32,000 nt of DNA, from assembly GCA_035939495.1 (NCBI GenBank), contig DASZFU010000022.1, positions 1-32,000 of the forward strand. The letters are read 5' to 3'. The DNA is from Candidatus Angelobacter sp. GTDB lineage: Bacteria; Acidobacteriota; Terriglobia; Terriglobales; Acidobacteriaceae. The notes under the pieces are model-generated. The model was not told where the DNA came from and searched no databases. It saw only the letters and a list, made by a program, of their open reading frames with translations. Below, piece by piece: positions 8,352 through 15,683 of this stretch. How positions within the stretch are numbered: the stretch's first letter is position 1; the number at the start of each line of letters is the position of its first letter. Position numbers and translations under genes: made by a program.

Positions 8352-9224
8352 ATGGCCGACAGAATCAATGTTGTCATCGATATCTCACATCACAATGTAA
8401 ACGTTGATCTGGCGGCAGCCAAGGCCGGCGGTATTGTGGGCGTAATCCATAAGGCCACGCAAGGGACGGGCTTTGTCGATTCGCAATATGCAATCAACAA
8501 GCAGAAAGCGGCGAATGCTGGATTATTGTGGGGTGCATACCATTTTGGGACGGGGGACGATCCTGCGCAGCAGGCCAATCATTTTCTGAATGTCGTGCAG
8601 CCAGATCTACAGACCCTGGTGGTGCTGGACTTCGAAGCCAACCCGCCGGGGACCTCGATGACATTGGATCAGGCCCGCACCTTTGTCCAACAAATACACG
8701 ATGCTATTGGTCGCTGGCCCGGCCTTTACGGCGGCTCTTATCTCAAGCAACTGCTCGGGGCCAATCAGGACCCAGTGCTGGCGAATTGCTGGCTATGGTA
8801 TGCGCGATATGGACCTGAGCCTGTAGTCCCTTCCACCTGGGCATCGTGGACGATGTGGCAATACACCGATGGAAATCAAGGCCCCGATCCCCACGATGCG
8901 CCGGGCATTGGTCCTTGCGACCGTGACCAGTTTAATGGAGACTTGCCACAACTCCAGGCACTGTGGAATGCCTCAGTTTTGCCGCCTGTGGATCGTCCGC
9001 CGGCAACGATCATCTATCGCTTGACAACTCCGATGATGACCGGCCCCACGGTGGTGGCCATTCAACAGGCACTCAAAGATGCCGGTTTCGATCCAGGCCC
9101 CGCGGATGGAAAATTCGGGCCTCGTACAAAAACGGCAGTAATCAGCTTTCAGACATCGCACGGACTAACCACAGATGGAGAGGTTGGACAACAAACGGCA
9201 GTGGTTCTGGGTGTCCAGTTGTAG
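8352..9224 (+). CDS. GH25 (Chalaropsis-type) muramidase with C-terminal PG_binding_1 domain
   Basis: GH25 pattern: VIDISHHN...VIHKATQGTGFVDSQY...GAYHFG...VLDFE...WQYTD...DRDQFNG. The C-terminus GPTVVAIQQALKDAGFDPGPADGKFGPRTKTAVISFQTSHGL is a peptidoglycan-binding repeat. The ATG at 8352 (AAGGA upstream) is preferred over 8292. No signal peptide is present from either start. Confidence 0.85.
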   Translation: MADRINVVIDISHHNVNVDLAAAKAGGIVGVIHKATQGTGFVDSQYAINKQKAANAGLLWGAYHFGTGDDPAQQANHFLNVVQPDLQTLVVLDFEANPPGTSMTLDQARTFVQQIHDAIGRWPGLYGGSYLKQLLGANQDPVLANCWLWYARYGPEPVVPSTWASWTMWQYTDGNQGPDPHDAPGIGPCDRDQFNGDLPQLQALWNASVLPPVDRPPATIIYRLTTPMMTGPTVVAIQQALKDAGFDPGPADGKFGPRTKTAVISFQTSHGLTTDGEVGQQTAVVLGVQL

Positions 9225-9273
9225 CCGTTGACGATTCTTCCAGGGTCAGAGAGAATAGAAACATCAACCATGT

Positions 9274-9350
9274 GGGCCTGTGGCGCAGTTTGGGAGCGCG
9301 CTTCCATGGCATGGAAGAGGTCGTCGGTTCGATCCCGACCAGGTCCACCA
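9274..9350 (+). tRNA. tRNA-Ala (anticodon GGC), CCA encoded
   Basis: Manual cloverleaf: acceptor GGGCCTG/CAGGTCC with the G3:U70 alanine identity pair; D stem GCGC/GCGC; anticodon stem CTTCC/GGAAG with loop ATGGCAT (GGC); T arm GTCGG-TTCGATC-CCGAC; discriminator A then CCA. Total 77 nt. Confidence 0.95.
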
Positions 9351-9399
9351 TAAAATCAACAACTTAGCGGACCTACCACGAAGCACTTGGCCGGAAATT

Positions 9400-9732
9400 C
9401 TAAAGAGCATCCGCCACCTGTGGCTTCAGCCTCAGTTCTTGGTTGATCGCCCCCACCATGGCCTTCACGTTTTCAGGAATCTCCTGCATGTAAACATCTG
9501 TGGTGGTGGCTAGCCGCGAGTGCCGCAACACGCCTTGAATGTCCTTGGGCGTCCCCTTCTTCTGCCCCAGCGTTGCTATCGTGCGCCGGATCACCTGAAA
9601 GGTCAGCTTCGGTAGCCCCAACTCCTCGCCCAACTTCCGCATCTTCTTCCGGTAGTTCTGCGGGTCGATAAATCCGCCCAACCGGTTGGGAAAGATGAGG
9701 CTTCGGGCGCGGCGGATCGTTATCCACGCCAA
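9400..9732 (-). pseudogene. Tyrosine recombinase (phage-type integrase), C-terminal catalytic fragment only
   Basis: Only about 100 aa are retained. They carry the catalytic-domain pattern LTFQVIRRTIAT (Arg) ... VLRHSRLATTTDVY (His-x-x-Arg ... Tyr). The N-terminal SAM-like and core-binding domains are absent. The fragment ends 49 bp from the tRNA 3' end. Confidence 0.8.
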
Positions 9733-9910
9733 TGACTGTAACGGTCAAAGAGCTTCCCGGCTTGCCGCGCAGCTCTACACTGACGACGTTTTGCGCGCTC
9801 AGCGTAACTGCACTGTCAAGGCTCGACACGTTCGGGTTGAAATCGCTTGGTCCGAAAACCTGCGTTCCATCCACGGAAATGATTGCGTTCTGTTTTGAAA
9901 CTGACAACAT
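9733..9910 (-). pseudogene. Orphan fragment of an unrelated beta-rich domain, abutting the integrase break point
   Basis: The first ~60 aa of ORF 9473..9910 (SVDGTQVFGPSDFNPNVSSLDSAVTLSAQNVVSVELRGKPGSSLTVTVIG) read like the end of a jelly-roll/Ig-type extracellular domain. The frame then runs out-of-frame across the integrase remnant. No upstream partner sequence is present. Confidence 0.35.
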
Positions 9911-10096
9911 AGATGGGTTACTGTTATAGTAAGTTTTAGAAGCTAAAGATTGATAGTGCTTGCTGAAGGCGTCGTCTTAGCGTAATCCATACCACTTCTT
10001 TGAGAAAGTTCATGACATCGAGCAAGGGATGGGAAAAGCAGTCCTTCAGTTCGATCTCTCTAGGCTGTAGCACCTGGAGTTCTCGAGGACATGATT

Positions 10097-10385
10097 CAAT
10101 TCCTCAGAACTTGGCTCCACGACAAACGTTGGGCCACCGAGATCGAGGCCAGCCGTTCATATTCTTCCTTGCCATAAATCCGGTATTCAAGATGTGACGC
10201 GTCGCCGCTCCACTCAAGCGGTCATGCGCTTGATCCACGCGCGCCAACAGTTCGATGTCGCCCCCGGTATAGCGTTGGGCAAAGCGGGGCCGTCGATACG
10301 GTCGCACCTTCACCTTCCCGCACCGCCCATATTGCCCGATCAAGCGCGTCACCTGCGCCCGGCTCAGCCCGGTCATTTTCGCCAC
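10097..10385 (-). pseudogene. Remnant of a DDE (rve-type) transposase/integrase: N-terminal HTH region, frameshifted and truncated
   Basis: Frame 1 reads MTGLSRAQVTRLIGQYGRCGKVKVRPYRRPRFAQRYTGGDIELLARVDQAHDRLSGAATRHIL. The expected continuation EYRIYGKEEYERLASISVA is found only after a frame shift near 10186-10190 and stops at 10097. No catalytic domain follows. Confidence 0.5.
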
Positions 10386-10521
10386 ATACTCTTCTCCAGG
10401 CTCATCTTGTATTGGACAAGACTACACCTTGACATGATATACAACTCCATGTTCGTATATTCGCAGACTGTAGATGCAGCAAACCTAGCTGAGATGAATT
10501 TGATTTGCAAACGGAGACATT

Positions 10522-11133
10522 ATGAGTTGGAATGATCCCGCGAAAGAAGATACTACGATTTATAAGGTCGTGGTAAATCTTGAAGAGCAATATTCGATTT
10601 GGCCGGACTACAAGGATCTTCCCTTGGGATGGAAATATACTGGCAAGACTGGTGCCAAAGCTGAATGTTTGGCGTATATCAAAGAAGTATGGACTGATAT
10701 GAGGCCTCTCAGCCTAAGGCAGAAGATGGAAGAATTCGCCAAGAATCCGCCGCCCCCTCCTCCGTCTCTGGATCCCAATGCGCCTCGAAGTAAGAGTTTG
10801 GTCGACTGTCTGTGTGAAGGGGAGCACCCAGTAGAAGTCGCCATGCGGCCCGAACGGACATATAAGCTCTTCAAAGAGGCAATTGACCGCGACTACATTC
10901 ACATCAAGTTCACCCAGACCAAGGGAGGGACCGAGCTGGGGTTCCGCTTGGATCGGAATGCCTCAGATTTCAGCCGTGCGGATTTCGAGAGTGGAAAGGG
11001 TACCGTTCACGTCGAAGGCAACTTAACCCTCGATTACGTGAAAGTCAAATGTGTAGCAGATATAGATTTGAGCAGCTTGCAAGGCGAGGGACATCTGGCA
11101 AAGGTTGAAGCTGCAGAAATGTCGACGGCCTAG
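10522..11133 (+). CDS. MbtH-like domain protein fused via a poly-Pro linker to a ~115-aa C-terminal domain of unknown function
   Basis: The N-terminal 70 aa carry the MbtH signature ([52 protein letters not shown]). The linker is [15 protein letters not shown] cannot assign the C-terminal domain ([41 protein letters not shown]...). GGAGA lies 4 nt upstream of the ATG. Confidence 0.85.
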   Translation: MSWNDPAKEDTTIYKVVVNLEEQYSIWPDYKDLPLGWKYTGKTGAKAECLAYIKEVWTDMRPLSLRQKMEEFAKNPPPPPPSLDPNAPRSKSLVDCLCEGEHPVEVAMRPERTYKLFKEAIDRDYIHIKFTQTKGGTELGFRLDRNASDFSRADFESGKGTVHVEGNLTLDYVKVKCVADIDLSSLQGEGHLAKVEAAEMSTA

Positions 11134-11696
11134 CTTAGTTCCATGAGTATCGCGCCCGCATTCATTTAAACATTCGGTCGGGACAAGGCCCGATTTTGTC
11201 GGCCTGGGAAATTGGCGGCAAGCTTGCTAAATCTATGGTCCGCGGATGTGTCCGTTTTAGGCAGTAAACTGTGGGGGCATTGATGCTGGAGTAGGCCAAG
11301 GCAGCTCGGCAAAGAATAATACCTCGTTCAAGCAGCTAATCTTATCTCTCTGAATAATCCAAACGGCGTATGCCGCGCCACGGCTCTCAACGAGAATCTC
11401 GATTCCATTAAATTCTACGCGCAATGAAGCACTGGGCTTTTCCTCTTGTTCCTCTTTTTTGTATTTCTTGGTCTTCCAATGGTTGTGGGGTGCGGTTTAA
11501 AGATGCGAGTTGCCCCCTAAACGAAGTGGTATTCTATGTCTCTGAGAGCCCACGCGGGCAGCGTTTGCGTACGACGCATCTCCAGGTAAATCCTACCTCC
11601 TTTCGCGTCTGCGGCTCAATCCCACCAGCATGTTCATCGGGAGAGAGCGCAAGCCAGTACAACCTCACATAATTCGTAACCGCTGGAGGTGCATCT

Positions 11697-11954
11697 ATGG
11701 AAGACTCTCAATATATGGAAGCTGAAGAAATTGCTCTTCAGGCCGAAGTGTTGGAAAAATGCGAACTTCACGAGGAAGTGTTCGATCCCGGTGGCGGCGA
11801 TCTTCAGGCCGCCTACAAACTCGGGAACTACAAATTCTCGCGCGGAGAGGTAACTTCATTCGATGATCGACGTGAAATGACGGACGCTATCAAAGCCGTT
11901 GTGGAACAGGCAGCTATGGAGTGTTGCACGTGCGCGAAATGGCGGGATGAGTGA
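11697..11954 (+). CDS. Small acidic hypothetical protein (85 aa) with C/H cluster (CELH ... ECCTC)
   Basis: GGAGG lies 7 nt upstream of the ATG. A strong intrinsic terminator starts 10 nt after the stop. No family recognised. Confidence 0.6.
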   Translation: MEDSQYMEAEEIALQAEVLEKCELHEEVFDPGGGDLQAAYKLGNYKFSRGEVTSFDDRREMTDAIKAVVEQAAMECCTCAKWRDE

Positions 11955-11963
11955 CTCAGTTCA

Positions 11964-11992
11964 GGGGCCGTCTTCGGACGGCCCTTTTTATT
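11964..11992 (+). terminator. Rho-independent terminator
   Basis: Perfect 8-bp GC-rich stem gggccgtc / gacggccc with a ttcg tetraloop (11965-11984), followed by tttttatt. Confidence 0.85.
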
Positions 11993-12239
11993 GAGGAGCA
12001 CGACCGAACGCATCGTGGCAGCTTTAGGCGGTCATGGTCAATCAGGTGCATAATCGGATAAAGAAGAATTCAAGAGTCCGCCTCTCGAACTTCGTTCTTT
12101 TGAAGCGTTTGTTGATAAGAAAATCTAAACGTTACCTTTAAAACTACTAGATGGAACAACACTCTTCTTTCATGCTAGGCTGCGTCGATTTGTGCGAGCA
12201 AATGACAGGCGCACTTCGCGGAAATGAGGAGTCCCATCC

Positions 12240-14765
12240 ATGAGACAGTCCCGGTTTGGAACATTCGCCCTGCAGTCAACCAAGTTCAAATTTCAGATGA
12301 TCGGTATAACCCTGCTTGCCGTTTTAGTGGCCGAGGTGGCTCACGGCCAGGATTCCCGTATCGTGACGGAGCCCTCATTTCCGCAGGCCTGTTCTGTGCT
12401 TACAGCCAATCAGCTAGCCGGCAGCTTGAATGAAGCCAGTTTCGATACCGCGAGAGTTCAAACATCGCTGAATAGCTGTCCAGCCGGTAAAGCCGTGGAG
12501 TTGGCGGTCCAGGGGACCAGCAATGCTTTCCTGATTCAACCCATCAGCATTCCGCCAGGAGTAACTTTGCTGGTGGATGCCGGGGTAACGGTTTTCACAT
12601 CTCTCAACCGGACCGATTATCCATGTCCCAGTTCAAGTTCCTCTGATTGTACTCCGATCATTACAGTCCAGCCCGGCAGCGGATCGGGGATTATGGGCTA
12701 TGGGATCATTGATGGCCGGGGCGGACAAACTCTAGATGGTGAAACTGTTTCCTGGTGGACGCAGACGCCGCTCGATCCGCGGCCGCGGATGATTCAATTG
12801 GTCCACGCGGATAATTTTACGCTTTACAAAATCACTCTACAAAACTCTCCCAAGTTCCATGTTTTTGGGACGGGCAATTTCCTTACGGTATGGGACGTAA
12901 AGATTACCGCGCCCACCACCTCGCCCAATACCGACGGTATAGACCCCTCTGGTTCACACGACATTACTATCACCAACTCTTTCATTAGCGACGGCGATGA
13001 TCATATCGCAATCAAAGCTGGAGTTGCGCATGTTTCCAATGTCACGATTTCTAATAATCGTCTTTACCAGGGGCATGGAGTCTCGATCGGTAGCGAAACC
13101 AATGCCGGCGCGGAAAACGTCCTGGTCACCAACATCGTCATGGATGGTGCGAACGCCCTGAACCAGAATGTAATTCGAATCAAATCTGATTCGAGCAAGG
13201 GTGGTGAAGTCAAGAATATTACCTACCAGAATATCTGCGCCCAAAATCCAGGCCATCCTCTGGTTTTTAATCCGTTCAACTCCACTGCCACCGGCACGCT
13301 ATTTCCGAATTTCCACGACATCACCATACGGAACATGCATGTTCTCAATCGCCAGAACTCATCTACGCTGAGAGGCTACAATATAAATGGAGTTGACTTT
13401 CCGCTGGGGATCATTTTGGACAATGTAGAACTGGACGGCTTCAAGGCAACCGGCACCACGGATTTTCCCGCCACACAGGTCAACAACGCCAACTTTACTT
13501 TAGGACCTGGGCCGATTACCCCCGCCACCCCGGGCATCGTTTCCGTACTCAATGCTTTGGCGGCAACACCCGCCAATTCTGTGACCGTGACCAACAATAT
13601 CAGCAACAACAATCCTCCATTCCCGTGCACGGCATCAAGCTTTGCCTACCTGGCGGGAGAGTTATTTGCTCCCGCCGATGATGTCACCGTGGGCAGCGGC
13701 GGCCAAACGATTACTCTCTCCGTCATTGTGCAGCCTATTGTCGCGGGTGCGGCTGCGCCGACGGGTACGATCAGCATCCTGGAAGGAATCAACACTGTAG
13801 CTACTGCTCCGGTCAGCGGACGCCTTACTCAGATTCCTGTCGCCAACGTCGCATCCGGACCGCACGCATATTCTGCGCAGTATTCAGGCGATGCCAACTA
13901 CGCTCCGCTCACCTTCGGCTCCGTCAAGATCTTCGATACGACAACCACGTTGACTGCCTCGCCAAACCCTGTGGTATATGGCAATCCGGTCACGCTCGCC
14001 GCGACTGTGACTTCAACCAGCGGCACTCCTTCCGGGCAGATCACATTTCTGGACGGCGCCACGGTTCTAAGCACGGTTGCGCTCGATGGAACCGGAGTGG
14101 CTACGTTCACGACCAAGCCACCACCCGCTGGAACACATACGATTACTGCCGCCTACGCGGGCGGTTCAGGATTTGAAGCGTCAAGTACAAGCCAGTTGGT
14201 TTCCGTTACGCCCGCAGTTCTGACCATTACCGCCGATAATAAAACCATGTTATTCGGCAGTCCGGTGCCGGCTCTGACATTTATACCCACGGGGTTTGTC
14301 AACGGAGATACGGCTGCCGTGTTGAATGGCAGCCCACAAATCAGCACGACAGCCAGTTCCAGCTCGCCCGTTGGTACTTATCCGATTGCAATCTCTGCCG
14401 GATCCCTTGCTGGAGCAAACTATATCTTCACCTTCGTGAACGGCATTCTGATGATTATCCCAGCCACGCCCACGATTAGGGTGATCTGTCCTTCTGAAGT
14501 TGACCATGATAGTGAGCGGCACACTTGCAGGGCCAAGGTGACTGGCGTAGATGGTAAGAGAGTGAAGGGCAGAACCACAATAACCTACAATGGAAGCGAA
14601 AGACCGCCTTCCAAGGTGGGGACCTACACAGTGGTAGCCACTTTTATCAGCCACGATCCAAACTATACAAACGTAACTGGGACGGGCACGCTGATCATCG
14701 AACGGCGGCACGACGGCGACGATGTTGATCCTGATAAAGATGACGGAGGCCGCGACGACCGGTGA
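12240..14765 (+). CDS. Secreted GH28-family glycoside hydrolase (polygalacturonase-like beta-helix) with C-terminal Ig-like and MBG-type repeat modules
   Basis: All four GH28 signature blocks are present in order: NTDGIDP, SDGDDHIAIK, GHGVSIGSE and IRIKS. There is an N-terminal signal-like segment (MIGITLLAVLVAEVAHG). The C-terminal ~370 aa contain Ig-like repeats (YSAQYSGDANYAP, ITAAYAGGSGFEAS) and MBG-like modules (LTITADNKTMLFGSPVPALTF...GTYPIAISAG...ANYIFTFVNG). The tail is acidic. GAGGAG lies 8 nt upstream of the ATG. Confidence 0.85.
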   Translation: MRQSRFGTFALQSTKFKFQMIGITLLAVLVAEVAHGQDSRIVTEPSFPQACSVLTANQLAGSLNEASFDTARVQTSLNSCPAGKAVELAVQGTSNAFLIQPISIPPGVTLLVDAGVTVFTSLNRTDYPCPSSSSSDCTPIITVQPGSGSGIMGYGIIDGRGGQTLDGETVSWWTQTPLDPRPRMIQLVHADNFTLYKITLQNSPKFHVFGTGNFLTVWDVKITAPTTSPNTDGIDPSGSHDITITNSFISDGDDHIAIKAGVAHVSNVTISNNRLYQGHGVSIGSETNAGAENVLVTNIVMDGANALNQNVIRIKSDSSKGGEVKNITYQNICAQNPGHPLVFNPFNSTATGTLFPNFHDITIRNMHVLNRQNSSTLRGYNINGVDFPLGIILDNVELDGFKATGTTDFPATQVNNANFTLGPGPITPATPGIVSVLNALAATPANSVTVTNNISNNNPPFPCTASSFAYLAGELFAPADDVTVGSGGQTITLSVIVQPIVAGAAAPTGTISILEGINTVATAPVSGRLTQIPVANVASGPHAYSAQYSGDANYAPLTFGSVKIFDTTTTLTASPNPVVYGNPVTLAATVTSTSGTPSGQITFLDGATVLSTVALDGTGVATFTTKPPPAGTHTITAAYAGGSGFEASSTSQLVSVTPAVLTITADNKTMLFGSPVPALTFIPTGFVNGDTAAVLNGSPQISTTASSSSPVGTYPIAISAGSLAGANYIFTFVNGILMIIPATPTIRVICPSEVDHDSERHTCRAKVTGVDGKRVKGRTTITYNGSERPPSKVGTYTVVATFISHDPNYTNVTGTGTLIIERRHDGDDVDPDKDDGGRDDR

Positions 14766-14940
14766 AAAAGGGCCTGCTGCGCTCCACTCAGCTCCATTGC
14801 TGCGCAACGCGTTAGGTGAATCGAGGCTGCCTTCGCGGCTGAATAAGTAGTGTCCTAGTCCGGCCCGAATTGCGTTCACGCTTGTGATGTTGATCATTTC
14901 TTTGAAGTGGAACTAAGCGAGAGCCCGTTTCGGCGAACAC

Positions 14941-15585
14941 TCACAAGCCCGGAGGGTGCTCGAGACGCAGCAGGGCGGACTTAGCTTCATCAAACCATTT
15001 CTGGGAGCCAGTGAGCTTCTGCGCCGCCCGGTATTGCTCGATGGCTTGCGGGAGTTGGTTCAATTTCTCCAATGCTCGCCCCAAGCGTACATGAATGGCG
15101 ATATCCCCAGGTTTTGCTTCGAGCGCGTCTTTGTAGCGCAGCAACGCTGCGTTATAGTTCTTCTGCTCGAAGTAGTAATCGCCAACATCTACGTTGTGAG
15201 CGGCTTCGAGCGCCTGCCCCATCCGTTGATCGCATTCGTCTTTAGAATTCGTGGGAGAACTCTTGGGACTCTTGCTTGAACTCCCGGAGCTGGAACTGGT
15301 GTTTTGGCCGCTGGGCGTTTCCGCGTGCGGCGTGGGTTCCGGAATGGTTGGCGGCGTCCTTGGGGGGCCGAGGCACCACGTCCCGATACAAATACTGTCT
15401 GGCAAGGGATTGCTATTGCGGTGTTTCTTTTTGGATTGCTGCTTGAGTATCTCAGCAATGATGTCGTCCACCGGCAGGTCAGCCGGACACGAAGCCGGCG
15501 CCGATTGCGCCAACATCGCTGCGCTCACCACCACGACGACTGCAGCGTATAGCATCCTCATACGGTCATTGTAGCGCTGGAACAT
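14941..15585 (-). CDS. Secreted TPR-repeat protein with Ser/Pro-rich linker
   Basis: N-terminal signal (MRMLYAAVVVVVSAAMLAQSAPA), a low-complexity SSSSGSSSKSPKSSP segment, and C-terminal TPR-like repeats (YYFEQKNYNAALLRYKDALEAKPGD...). The true start may be the internal ATG at 15561 or 15555. Confidence 0.65.
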   Translation of the reverse strand: MFQRYNDRMRMLYAAVVVVVSAAMLAQSAPASCPADLPVDDIIAEILKQQSKKKHRNSNPLPDSICIGTWCLGPPRTPPTIPEPTPHAETPSGQNTSSSSGSSSKSPKSSPTNSKDECDQRMGQALEAAHNVDVGDYYFEQKNYNAALLRYKDALEAKPGDIAIHVRLGRALEKLNQLPQAIEQYRAAQKLTGSQKWFDEAKSALLRLEHPPGL

Positions 15586-15683
15586 TACGCCTTGAAACCT
15601 GCGATACCGGGCGGCTGCTTCGGCGCTGGTATTGGCAGGAATCTATTCTTGAACTATTTTCCTCGTGCCATGGTGACTCTGGA

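Noticed and set aside
9142-9351. 69-aa minus-strand ORF containing VGIEPTTSSMPWKRA.
   Set aside because: This is the antisense translation of the tRNA-Ala gene, a well-known artefact.
11424-11672. 82-aa plus-strand ORF in the island's non-coding stretch.
   Set aside because: It has no SD, a Cys/Ser/Pro-rich irregular composition and no motif. It is more likely a chance ORF in degraded sequence.
11781-11790. 10-bp match (ttcgatcccg) to the tRNA T-arm, and a 9-bp match (ggtccacca) at 28134-28142, considered as possible attR repeats of the island.
   Set aside because: Both are too short, lie inside well-supported coding sequence, and lack extension to the tRNA 3' end. They are chance matches. 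A proper alignment search is needed to find attR.
15586-15683. Imperfect hairpin ataccgggcg...cgctggtat between the ADOP stop and the TPR gene start, considered as a terminator.
   Set aside because: The stem is interrupted and no U-run follows on the transcribed (minus) strand. There is not enough evidence to annotate it.
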